Shown here: positions 20,190 to 30,129 of the stretch, piece by piece | Position numbering within the stretch: the stretch's first letter is position 1 | Layout of the letters: each line of letters begins with the position of its first letter | DNA from: Patescibacteria group bacterium | Lineage (GTDB): Bacteria; Patescibacteriota; Microgenomatia; Daviesbacterales; UBA10151 | NCBI GenBank assembly: GCA_038064895.1 | Contig: JBBTSA010000010.1 | Coordinates: forward strand, 182,616-246,615 | DNA: 64,000 nucleotides | Direction of reading: 5' to 3' | The notes under the pieces: generated by a model | Databases searched by the model: none | What the model saw: the letters and a program-made list of their open reading frames with translations, nothing else | Told to the model about the DNA's origin: nothing | Program-made: the position numbers and the translations under genes

Positions 20190-22556
20190 ATGCTCAAAAA
20201 ATTTATCGCTTCTCCCTTTTTTGCACCTGCAACTCTGGTTTTAATAGTAATAGCCGTCTATCATCAATTTTTTATTTTTGGGAAAATTCCTTTTCCCGGA
20301 GACTTACTGGTTGTCAGTTACTCTCCCTGGTTTGACTATTATAAATTTCCTGTGCAAAATCCCTTAATATCTGATGTTTTTTCACAGTTCTTTCTTTGGA
20401 AATATTTAAGCATAGATAGCTTGAAAAACTGGCAATGGCCACTGTGGAATCCATACTCATTTACAGGTACACCTCTTTTGGCAACATATCATTCCGCATC
20501 TTTATACCCACTTAATATTCTACTCCTTCTGCCCAAATACCTTGGATGGGGATTCTTTATATTCTCTCAAACCCTCATAGGATTAATTGCTATGTATCTA
20601 TTGCTCTCGTTATGGGTAAGTTCGAAGCTGGCGAGACTCACCGGATCAATGATTTTTGCCCTGGGGGGACTGATGACAACTTGGCTGGAGTTGGGTACCG
20701 CCGTCCATGCCATAATCTGGTTACCATTTTCAATATACTCAATCGAGCTTTTTTGGGCCAGGTTTCAATTTAGATATCTTCTAATGTTAACCGGCTCTCA
20801 AGTATTCCTCGTCCTTGCCGGAAATGCCCAAATCTTAACCTATTCACTAATAATTCTTACCTTGTACATCTTTATCAACTGCCCTTATATAAATATAAAA
20901 AAGGTATCCGTCCGTTTTTTCCCACCGCTTATAGCTTTAGTTATTGGCCTACTCTTAACTTCAATCCAGTTACTACCAAGTCTTGATTTACTAAGTAAAT
21001 CAATTCGGCTTACAGAATCTTACATAGGAGAGTCTAACTTTGGATTATTACCGATTAATGAAAGTATAAGGTTTTTTGTGGCGGATTTCTTTGGAAACCC
21101 CGTCACCCGTAATTATTGGGGATTTTTAAATTATTCAGAGACAAGTGGATTCCTCGGTAGTTTAACCCTTCCCATTTTAATTTTTTCTTTTTTTTACTTA
21201 AAGAGAAGCAGGTTAATTATTTTCTTTCAGATACTATTTGCCTTATCCATTTTACTATTATTTAACAGCCCCCTATCACAAATGATTTATCAAACTAAAA
21301 TCCCCCTACTTACTTCATCTTATGCTTCCAGGATACTTGTTATCATTTCTTTCTCGGTTTCTATTTTGAGTGCTTTCTCGTTAAATCAATTATTAATTAC
21401 CCAAAATCAAGAAAATAAATTTTTAAAATCAACTATTTGGTCCTGGTCAATATTTGTCGGGATACTAATCGGATCTTTCTTAAGTTTTTTCCTATCCGGC
21501 TTTACTGTCCCTTTTAGGAATTCAATCCTCCCTGTATTATTAATATCTCTTTTTCTGGGGCTTTTCATGGTTATGAAAAAAATCAGGTTTAAATCTTACC
21601 GAGTTAGCAAAATCCACCTGATTCTTTTTATATTATTTATTTTTTTGGCTTTTGACCTAAGTAGATATTTTTTAAAATTCAATCCCTTTGTCTCAAACAA
21701 CCTGATATTTCCTAAAGTCCCAGCTATTGAGTTTTTACAAAAACAGCCGGGTCTTTTTAGAATAGGTAGGGAACATGCTGAAACTTTACCTCCTAATACT
21801 TGGATTGCATATAACCTGTACTCATACGAAGGGTATGATCCGATCTATTTAAACCAATATGGTAAATTTATGCATTTTTTAAACGGGGGAGATTTGAGAA
21901 CCGGTAATTCCAGCAGATACGCAGAAATTATATCTAATTATAGTTCTCCATATCTTGATGCAGCTAATAGCAAATTTTTTATTGCCACCCTTAAGGATAA
22001 GAATAATGATATTCCGGGTAAGTTGCTAAGTAAAAATGTTAAGGATACAAATTACAATTTGATATTTCAAGATGGTTCAGCAGCTATTTTAGAAAATCCC
22101 AATGCCTTAAACAGAGTTTATTTTGCCCACTCAATTATTACTGCACCACTACAAAGAATCGAAGATGTCATTATGGGGGATAAATCATTTGACCCCAAGG
22201 TAACAATAGCTTTGACAGATGATTTAAATATTAAAAATCCAACCGGGTCAGGTTCAGCAATCATAACATCCTACTTACCAAATGAGGTAAGAATCAAAAC
22301 CATGACTTCTCAAGAAGAAGTACTTGTACTGGCTGATCAATTTGATGAGGGATGGCATACTAAGATAGATGGAAATGATGCTAAAATTAGCAGAGCAAAT
22401 TTAATTTTTAGAGCTGTTAAAGTTCCGGCTGGCATCCATGAGGTAATAATGAACTACTATCCAACCTCTTTTGACTTGGGACTCAAGATATCGATAGCAT
22501 CAATTCTACTGGTAGGTTTAAGTGTTTTAATTGCAATAAAAGTTAGCAGATTTTAA
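20190..22556 (+). CDS. YfhO-family GT-C membrane protein
   Basis: PLWNPYSFTGTPL, QLLP, GYDPIY and C-terminal GW...N..FRAVKVPAGIHEV..Y.P plus TM; inverted relative to the cluster. Confidence 0.8.
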   Translation: MLKKFIASPFFAPATLVLIVIAVYHQFFIFGKIPFPGDLLVVSYSPWFDYYKFPVQNPLISDVFSQFFLWKYLSIDSLKNWQWPLWNPYSFTGTPLLATYHSASLYPLNILLLLPKYLGWGFFIFSQTLIGLIAMYLLLSLWVSSKLARLTGSMIFALGGLMTTWLELGTAVHAIIWLPFSIYSIELFWARFQFRYLLMLTGSQVFLVLAGNAQILTYSLIILTLYIFINCPYINIKKVSVRFFPPLIALVIGLLLTSIQLLPSLDLLSKSIRLTESYIGESNFGLLPINESIRFFVADFFGNPVTRNYWGFLNYSETSGFLGSLTLPILIFSFFYLKRSRLIIFFQILFALSILLLFNSPLSQMIYQTKIPLLTSSYASRILVIISFSVSILSAFSLNQLLITQNQENKFLKSTIWSWSIFVGILIGSFLSFFLSGFTVPFRNSILPVLLISLFLGLFMVMKKIRFKSYRVSKIHLILFILFIFLAFDLSRYFLKFNPFVSNNLIFPKVPAIEFLQKQPGLFRIGREHAETLPPNTWIAYNLYSYEGYDPIYLNQYGKFMHFLNGGDLRTGNSSRYAEIISNYSSPYLDAANSKFFIATLKDKNNDIPGKLLSKNVKDTNYNLIFQDGSAAILENPNALNRVYFAHSIITAPLQRIEDVIMGDKSFDPKVTIALTDDLNIKNPTGSGSAIITSYLPNEVRIKTMTSQEEVLVLADQFDEGWHTKIDGNDAKISRANLIFRAVKVPAGIHEVIMNYYPTSFDLGLKISIASILLVGLSVLIAIKVSRF

Positions 22557-23028
22557 TGGACTGAAACAATTAGAAAAGGGTAAATAAGTAGGGCCAAAGC
22601 AAAACTATAAAGTAAAAGAACACTACTTATTAAAAACATCAGCTTGCCCAATTTTTCTTTTTCAAGCTTTATAAATAAAAGTGCCAAAAAATTTATCAAT
22701 ATTAAACACAATACGTAAATATAAAAAGATCCAGCGGCAACTAAATAAGTAAACCAGAGCGAAAGACCAAAAAGTAAAGCTGGCAGATATCCCCACGATC
22801 CTTTAAAAAAATTTTTCCTATTAGCCAAATTAATAACAGGTTTGAAAAACCAAATATATAAATTGACCAGATCGGTAAGGTCATTGGAGACTCGAGAAGA
22901 TCTGAAAAAAATAAGGATTGGTTGCTAAAATGCAATGGATAGATTGTCCGATATACTAGGGCTGAAAATAGTAAACTCAAACAACAAATCAGCAATAATA
23001 TATAACTCTTGACAAAAAACTTATTCAC
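22553..23028 (-). pseudogene. Frameshifted, 3'-truncated GT-C-like membrane gene
   Basis: ORFs 22741..23028 and 22553..22828 join if one T is added to the T7 run (22805-22811), giving LIWLIGKIFFKGSWGYLPALLFGLSLWFTY. Confidence 0.6.
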
Positions 23029-24641
23029 TAGTACACTTTTTTAACAGTTAAAATTGGCCGTCCATCTTTACCTGTTATAATTTCGTAATTTTTAAGGTTC
23101 TCAATACTTCCAGCAGTATCTATAAATAGAACTGATCCGTCCAAATTTTCTATGAATTGATTTGTATCTGCCTGTGGAATATATCCAATATATATATTGT
23201 CGAACTTTTTAAATTTATAACTGCTTATCGTGGTGCTGTTTTGATTTTGAGAAATAACCGTTAAAGGCTCAATCTTACCATAAACAGGATAGGCAAATTC
23301 AATAGCATCAATTCTATCGGATAGAAAAACATATTTATATTTGTCTTTATTTTGCAGAGCATACTCTGATGCAACTTTCGCTGAATTTGACCAGAAACTA
23401 CTATATTCATTTGGGGCAAGAAAATATAATTTTTGGAGGAAAAAAGCAAATTGTATTGCAAACAGTAGACAAACTATATAAAATACCACTTTGTTTTTCA
23501 TCCTGATTACTGCCACCAAACCAAGAGCTGATAATAAAATTAAGAATGGTAACATAAAAGAACTTCTTAAAGCATGCGGCGAATCAACAATTGCTGTAGG
23601 AATCGGCGCTAAAATTATCCCAAGAAGTAGAAATAATATTGTCTTTTTTTGCTTTTGCCAAAAGGCAAAAATCCCTACCAGAATTAATATTGCTTCCACA
23701 AAATAAAGCTCGCCTATTGTAGCCATGTTGTGGCGTGGATTTCTATCTCCATGTAAAATTAAAAAATCCAAAGAAAAATTCTGAAGATAATTTTCTCCTA
23801 TCAGCTTTGTATATTCTACTGCCTTATTGTGAAAATACTTTAAAAAAGATTTTGGCAAATTAGTAATACTTCTTTCGAAATTTATTTTTTGTTCAATTGC
23901 ATCTTTTAGCTCAACTTTGGAAAAAATATTTATATGATAAAATCTAGTTTCTGAACCACCGATGAACGTTTGACTTATTGATAAAAATCCTAAGATCAAA
24001 AGCAAAAGTACTCCGATCGAAAAATATTTTTTGTCAAAGCTTAAGACTTTTTTTATAGATGTAAACCAAAAAATAAGTGGTAAAAACAAAGGCAGAATAA
24101 TTTTGTATGTAGGATAAGTATGCAGAGTTAAACCAAAACTTATTGCTGATAAAGTATAAAACAAAGGTTTCTCTTTTGCTTTAATGAAAAGATAGAAACC
24201 TAAAAGGGCAAGAAATAAAGCAAAATGAGCTTCAAAACCTCCCCTGGAGAGTGAAATATCCCAGGGAGAGAAAGCAGCAATAAAGCTGGCAGCTAAACCA
24301 ACATTTGTAGAGAATAATTTCCTACCTAAAAAGTACAAAAGAATAATTATTCCTATCCCAGAAAGAATGGAAAGTGCTCTTACACCTAAAGCCGTAGGGC
24401 CAAAAATTGCCATGAAGGGAATTGAGCCATACACATATCCTGCCGGCCTTCCCGCACCCATTTGGAATGTCAACGGAAATGAGTTACCAAGTTGATCCTG
24501 TCCAGTTTTTAAAAGTGAGTAAGAGTCTAAAACAATTGTTAACTCATCCCCATAAAGAGAAGCAGGACTGTTTTCAATATTTAGTATTCTTAAAAGAAAA
24601 CTTAATATTAATATTGATAAAACTATTAATCTCTCTTTCAT
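23028..24641 (-). CDS. ArnT/PMT-like GT-C glycosyltransferase
   Basis: PASLYGDEL...SLLKTGQD, FSPWDISLSRGGFEA and SPHALRS motifs. Confidence 0.8.
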   Translation of the reverse strand: MKERLIVLSILILSFLLRILNIENSPASLYGDELTIVLDSYSLLKTGQDQLGNSFPLTFQMGAGRPAGYVYGSIPFMAIFGPTALGVRALSILSGIGIIILLYFLGRKLFSTNVGLAASFIAAFSPWDISLSRGGFEAHFALFLALLGFYLFIKAKEKPLFYTLSAISFGLTLHTYPTYKIILPLFLPLIFWFTSIKKVLSFDKKYFSIGVLLLLILGFLSISQTFIGGSETRFYHINIFSKVELKDAIEQKINFERSITNLPKSFLKYFHNKAVEYTKLIGENYLQNFSLDFLILHGDRNPRHNMATIGELYFVEAILILVGIFAFWQKQKKTILFLLLGIILAPIPTAIVDSPHALRSSFMLPFLILLSALGLVAVIRMKNKVVFYIVCLLFAIQFAFFLQKLYFLAPNEYSSFWSNSAKVASEYALQNKDKYKYVFLSDRIDAIEFAYPVYGKIEPLTVISQNQNSTTISSYKFKKFDNIYIGYIPQADTNQFIENLDGSVLFIDTAGSIENLKNYEIITGKDGRPILTVKKVY

Positions 24642-26650
24642 AATACTTTGTAGATAATAACTTCACTATTCTCGAAAAAGATATCCAGGTTATTTTTATC
24701 TAAATCTAAGGCGCTTATTAGCTCATCTTTTGAAGTATAAATGTATCTTATATTTTCCTCTTTAAGAAACCTCTTATTAAAAAGGGGGTTACTTTGTTCA
24801 AAGAACTTTTTCATATTATTTAATCTTTCATCAGTAGGATAACCTGTGATAAGTGCTTGCTCCTCTGAAGTAAGATATGTCTTCCTACCTGTCAATGCCG
24901 GTATATAAGATGTAGGGTACCATGCATATATCGGTCTTGGTTGAATTATAAATTGATCCTTAAGATATTTATTAAATGGAACGGTTAGGACTACTTCATA
25001 TTCCATACTATTTTCCCTTAAAAACTTTAGAGCTTCCAATTGCTGATTACTGATTTTAGCAAGTGCGGTTTTCGAAGGACCATAGAATTCATTTAAATTA
25101 CCAATTACAGTTGGAACAGATAAAAAAACTATTAATGAAAAAAGTATCAGTCTCGGAAGTTTTCTCTTGATTAAAATAAGCAATTGATAAGCTGCTACTG
25201 CCCCATAAAATCCCGAAATTAGTAAAGAATATTGTATAAATTGAATGTTGTTATAAATAATTCCCTTTTGGACAAATAATATAACCATAAAAAATCCTGT
25301 TAACATTGACACTAAAAGCATTACACTAACAGGATTTTTTAAAAAACTCATTTTTAAACCATTCCTTACTAAGATATAAAATCCAAGAATTCTCATGCCT
25401 AGATTCCCGATTAAAAATATCAAAAGTGCAGTTATCTCTAACTGGATAACTCTTAAATAGGCGTTCCATGTACCTTTGGATAAATAATGTTGTCTTCGCA
25501 GTTCATGATCTATCCATCCTAGCTTATCAACAATCATAGTTCTTATAAACCACCAGGGTAAAAACATCAAAAATGATGAAGCTTGACTGGAAGTCATAGC
25601 CTTAAAAGTAAGTACATTTGAGATAACCAGTGCAAAAGCAAGTAAAATTATATGTACTTTTTTGTTAAAAATTAGATCTGAAATCGCCGCTGCCCCAATA
25701 CCTGTTAGCATAACAAATCCTCCTGAAACCTTAAAGCCTGTTAGCATTGAACCCAAAATGAATAAAATAATTAGCCAATAAAATTTCCTCTCCTTTAAGT
25801 AAAATAGAAGGCTTAAAAGAAATGTCGTAAGAAAGACGTGCGCAACTGCATGAGGGGGGTTACCAAGAAGGGTATTTTCTTGGGATGCCCAAAAGACTGT
25901 TTCTCCTCCAAATAGGTTACCGTCTCTTAGCCATGTTACAATATATCCGAAACTACCCACAAAATAGGTAAAAAATACCCCAAAGTACCCGATTTTTATA
26001 TTATTTTTCCACTTTGTAACAAAAGCAAAGACACTTGCGCCTATTAAGAATGAGAAAATTACCGGGAAAAATCTAAAATAGAGATCTAGAGATGAAAAGT
26101 AGGGAAAAATTCTTGCAAATTCCCCCATTAGCACATCAACAAGATAATGGTAGTTATATAACTTTTCTCCTGCAAAGGTAGGATTATTAGGAGGTAAGCT
26201 TTTTTTTATTTCCCCCATTAAACTAATATGCCATATGCCGTCATGCCCTTGTGAACTCCAAAAAAGTAATCCCTCTTTATACAATAAACCGCTTGGAAAA
26301 TTAATAAAGCCTTGAGTTAGAATACCCAAAACAATTAGTATCAAAAGCAATTTATCTTTAATAAATACTTTCCAAGGTTTCAGAATTTCAAGTTTATATT
26401 TTGCAAACACATATAGTCCATAAAAAATAAAAATAGGTAGCATTAACCATCTAATATTTAGAAGAGAGAAGATTATTGCAAAACCTACAAAAAAAACAAT
26501 TCCCAATGAGATGGAAAGGACTACTGTCTCTTGATCTTTAAGTATTTCCTTCTTCCTTGCAATCATTCCAAATCCCGGTAAGTATAAAACAAATAAAGAA
26601 AGTGCGATAAAAATTAAAAAGTTAAAAAATAGCTGAATAAATGTGATCAT
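24638..26650 (-). CDS. Polytopic membrane protein, HDGxWH-type GT-C-like family
   Basis: GHDGIWH, PPNNPTFAG..LYNYHY; C-terminal soluble domain ALKFLREN...ALTGRK...IRYIY...FENSEVIIYKV. Confidence 0.65.
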   Translation of the reverse strand: MITFIQLFFNFLIFIALSLFVLYLPGFGMIARKKEILKDQETVVLSISLGIVFFVGFAIIFSLLNIRWLMLPIFIFYGLYVFAKYKLEILKPWKVFIKDKLLLILIVLGILTQGFINFPSGLLYKEGLLFWSSQGHDGIWHISLMGEIKKSLPPNNPTFAGEKLYNYHYLVDVLMGEFARIFPYFSSLDLYFRFFPVIFSFLIGASVFAFVTKWKNNIKIGYFGVFFTYFVGSFGYIVTWLRDGNLFGGETVFWASQENTLLGNPPHAVAHVFLTTFLLSLLFYLKERKFYWLIILFILGSMLTGFKVSGGFVMLTGIGAAAISDLIFNKKVHIILLAFALVISNVLTFKAMTSSQASSFLMFLPWWFIRTMIVDKLGWIDHELRRQHYLSKGTWNAYLRVIQLEITALLIFLIGNLGMRILGFYILVRNGLKMSFLKNPVSVMLLVSMLTGFFMVILFVQKGIIYNNIQFIQYSLLISGFYGAVAAYQLLILIKRKLPRLILFSLIVFLSVPTVIGNLNEFYGPSKTALAKISNQQLEALKFLRENSMEYEVVLTVPFNKYLKDQFIIQPRPIYAWYPTSYIPALTGRKTYLTSEEQALITGYPTDERLNNMKKFFEQSNPLFNKRFLKEENIRYIYTSKDELISALDLDKNNLDIFFENSEVIIYKVL

Positions 26651-29600
26651 TGCTCTACTACTTTATAAATAACTACTTCTTCATTTTCAAATATGTTTTT
26701 TACCAATTTTTCCTTTTCTAATGCTTTTACTTGTTCTATAGCTCCTATATTAAAGATTTTTAATAGATAAATGTATCTTATATTATTTTTTTCCAAAAAA
26801 TTAAACTTTCGGAAATCTAAAATTTCGAAAAAATTTTCAGAAGCAACTATTCTTTTTTTATAATCTGTCAGAAGTATTTGATTCTGCGGCTCATCTTCAA
26901 CAAAAACACCCTTTTTTGACAAAGCTGAAACATAAGCTGTTGAATCATAGATAAAAAGATTGAAGGGCTCCGGAAATATCTCACGAAGTCTTTTATCGTA
27001 TGGATAAGTCAAAACTACTCCTTCATCCTGATTTGATAAAAACTTTAGAGCCTCTATTTCTTTAGAGCTTATATACGCATGAGGTAGAGTGTGAAAATAG
27101 CTACTTGCTGTAGCCAAAGAATTTATAGGAGTAAGTATAAAAACTATCGCAACCAGTATTGGCACTAAAGTTTTAGGCAATCTAAAAATAAAGTGGGTAA
27201 TTACTAAACCTGAAAAAATTGAGCTAGTGTATAAAAGATAATAGAAAAACTGGATGGTATTCCAGGGATTGCCCGACTGAATAAATAAAATCGGTATCAA
27301 ACCGGAAAGAAACGAAAAGATTAAAATAAAAAACAAGGGTGTATCGGATACAATACTCCTTAGTTTAAAAAGTGATAACAAACCAAATACTCTAAAACCC
27401 AAATTTCCCGCTATAAAAATCAAAAGACCTAAAGTGTCTGCCAAAAAAAACTTTAACCATTGACCTAAAGCAGAAGCTGTTGTCCTTGCTATAGAAAGCC
27501 TTACCCATCCCACTCTATCCGGCGAATCAATCATTGAGTGTATAAACCAAAATGGCGCAAAAATCATAACCGCATTTAAGACTTGAAAGTTTGATAAGAA
27601 TAACCAAGCGGATATAGCACTACTTACTATAAAGATTATTAGATAACGCAAATCGGATCTTTTAAAAATTTCAAAAAAAGCTACAACAAGTAGAGATCCT
27701 AAAACTAAAACAGCTCCGTATGCTTTAAATGAAATGAGGCTTCCCGCTAAAACTATAGCCAAAACTATTAAGGATTTAGCTTTTGATTTATATAAAGACA
27801 ATAAAACATGAAAGAGGGTGATTATAATTATCAAGGAAATTGCAAATGGTGGGTTTAAGTTAAATGATATTGCTTGATTTACCCAAAAAGCAGATTCTCC
27901 ACCCAAACCTCTCCCTTTCATAAACTCTACAATCCAGCCAAAACTTCCTGCAAAATATACAAAGAAAAGTGTAAAGATCGCAGTAACTTTCGTTTTTAAA
28001 ACACCAATTCTATCTTTGAATAACCTCCATACAAGATAATATGTGCCAATTCCCACTCCGATGGAAAATAAAATGGGGTAAAATCTAAATAATAAATCTT
28101 CTACGGGTATTTTAGATATAAAATGGGTTGCCGCAATCAACAAATCATAAAAGTAGTGATAATTTTCTAAAGGCATCCCTGCGAAAATCGGGTTTTGGGG
28201 CGGTATACTTTTTGATATTTGATTCACAAGCGCTATATGCCATACTCCGTCATGAGTGTTGGGTCCCCAAAATCCCATTCCGTATCCATAATATAAACCA
28301 CTCCTAAAAGTAGGAATTATTTGAAAAACAGTTCCGCCCACAATTATTAAAAAAGAAGCTATATAAAACCAATCTTGAGATTTTAGAATCTTGAGTTTGA
28401 ATAAGTTATAACTTCTTAAGCGAATAAACAAAATGGCACAAATCAAAATATAAATTAAGCTAAATGATTGTAATTTTAAAAAGCCTAATATATAAAATAC
28501 CCAGCTAAAAATTACTATACCTGAAACTAAAGATACAAACAGTCGTAAAAAGGTGGGTGAGGACCTCTCAAGAATTCTATTTGTGAAAACAATACCCGGC
28601 ATAATGATTGTTAAAAGTAAAAAGACCAAAAAGCGAAAAATTTTAGATACAGTGCCCTCTACAGACCACTTAAAGAAATCTGCCTCGACTTTTGGTCGCA
28701 AATCCCTAATATGTTGAATATTTTTTTCAGTTGCCTCAATAATGACACTATCAATAGAACGGGATTTTCCATCAATACTTATATCTCTTGGCAGAAATTC
28801 TATTCTTCTTTCATTCGAACCCTCATTTATATAACTTACTACGTAACTGTTGTTTTCTTTAACTACTTTTAGCCGGGAAATTTTACCTTCGTCAATCACC
28901 CACTTGTGCCCATAAGTTACGTTATCCAATACTCTTGTTGCAAAAGTTGCAAAATTTACTTCGGAGCATGCTTTAAGGTAGCAGAATTCTTCTTCTTCTC
29001 CGACATACTGACGGATATCTCTAAATATACTTCCATCACTACTAATAAATAACCCTGCCCGATAATATGGATTCATAAACCAAATTGCTTTTTTCCCCGT
29101 ACTCAAAGGGTCATCCGCTATAATTAGATGTTGGGGTGAAAGGTCAGGGAAGGATTGAGAATACCAAGAAGCAAAATCCTTCATTGTAACAATCCTAAGC
29201 TGACCTAGGCGTTGTTTGTCTACAAGCACTTCTATTTGTTTCCTGTATTCAAAACCGTATTTTTCAAAGGAATAGGAATTTTCAAGACCTACGCTAAGGT
29301 GACTAAAACTTCCGAATTGCCCCTTTGTATAAATATCTACTAAGGATCGGAAATAACCGGTGTTAAGCTTATGATAATCCAAATAGTCATTGGATTGCAC
29401 ACTAAAAGTACTTTCAAAAACGCCGTTGCCGTATCCGTTTACGGGATCGCGCGGCGCCCACTGCATCATTACAAGGGGTAATTTATTTTCTTGGGACTTT
29501 GCAGGATGCAAAACATTATTTTTTGCAGGGTAATAAGGTGTGGACCAAAACTGCCCCCAAATTTGGTAATCATCTGTTGTGTATTGATCTGAAACTTCTA

Positions 29601-30129
29601 AAGAGGCTGTGATTCCATATTTTTTTTGTATATATTCAAGTGAGAAGCTATCAATCCACCAGGCTCCAACTGATTTCGGATAAAAGTTAAAAACTTCCCT
29701 AAACTTTTCAAATGCACTATCAATAAGTTTAAGTCTTTCCTCTCTTTCATATCCGCTTAAAAATGCGCTACCGGCAGCATGCCAATTACTGCTTTTATGA
29801 TACTTAACACCGGCTGCTTCGGCCCAAGAAGGTGTAACCTCCAAAAATAATCCCTTCTCGTGATCCGGCAGAGACTTTAGGATACTTGTAACTTCATCCA
29901 CTTTTAGTGCATCAAAACGGATAAGCCAGGTTGCAGGAAGATCAAATTCCTTAAGTATTGTTAATTGTCCCGATACGGCAGTAGCTATTTTTTGTCCTTG
30001 CTCTTGCCAAAAATCTTCACCTCTTATAGGGTTTACAACCGTTACAAAAGAATTTTCCAGAGCTTGAGCAGAACCAAACCCCCAAAAGTAGAGAATAAGA
30101 AATAAAATCAAACCGATCAATTTACTCAT
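26647..30129 (-). CDS. Fusion: exported NodB/deacetylase-like domain plus HDGxWH-type GT-C-like membrane domain
   Basis: Signal peptide; LPATWL, HEKGLFLE and F..YPKSVGAW in the first ~480 aa; THDGVWH...PPQNPIFAG..LENYHY in the C-terminal half. Confidence 0.6.
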   Translation of the reverse strand: MSKLIGLILFLILYFWGFGSAQALENSFVTVVNPIRGEDFWQEQGQKIATAVSGQLTILKEFDLPATWLIRFDALKVDEVTSILKSLPDHEKGLFLEVTPSWAEAAGVKYHKSSNWHAAGSAFLSGYEREERLKLIDSAFEKFREVFNFYPKSVGAWWIDSFSLEYIQKKYGITASLEVSDQYTTDDYQIWGQFWSTPYYPAKNNVLHPAKSQENKLPLVMMQWAPRDPVNGYGNGVFESTFSVQSNDYLDYHKLNTGYFRSLVDIYTKGQFGSFSHLSVGLENSYSFEKYGFEYRKQIEVLVDKQRLGQLRIVTMKDFASWYSQSFPDLSPQHLIIADDPLSTGKKAIWFMNPYYRAGLFISSDGSIFRDIRQYVGEEEEFCYLKACSEVNFATFATRVLDNVTYGHKWVIDEGKISRLKVVKENNSYVVSYINEGSNERRIEFLPRDISIDGKSRSIDSVIIEATEKNIQHIRDLRPKVEADFFKWSVEGTVSKIFRFLVFLLLTIIMPGIVFTNRILERSSPTFLRLFVSLVSGIVIFSWVFYILGFLKLQSFSLIYILICAILFIRLRSYNLFKLKILKSQDWFYIASFLIIVGGTVFQIIPTFRSGLYYGYGMGFWGPNTHDGVWHIALVNQISKSIPPQNPIFAGMPLENYHYFYDLLIAATHFISKIPVEDLLFRFYPILFSIGVGIGTYYLVWRLFKDRIGVLKTKVTAIFTLFFVYFAGSFGWIVEFMKGRGLGGESAFWVNQAISFNLNPPFAISLIIIITLFHVLLSLYKSKAKSLIVLAIVLAGSLISFKAYGAVLVLGSLLVVAFFEIFKRSDLRYLIIFIVSSAISAWLFLSNFQVLNAVMIFAPFWFIHSMIDSPDRVGWVRLSIARTTASALGQWLKFFLADTLGLLIFIAGNLGFRVFGLLSLFKLRSIVSDTPLFFILIFSFLSGLIPILFIQSGNPWNTIQFFYYLLYTSSIFSGLVITHFIFRLPKTLVPILVAIVFILTPINSLATASSYFHTLPHAYISSKEIEALKFLSNQDEGVVLTYPYDKRLREIFPEPFNLFIYDSTAYVSALSKKGVFVEDEPQNQILLTDYKKRIVASENFFEILDFRKFNFLEKNNIRYIYLLKIFNIGAIEQVKALEKEKLVKNIFENEEVVIYKVVEQ

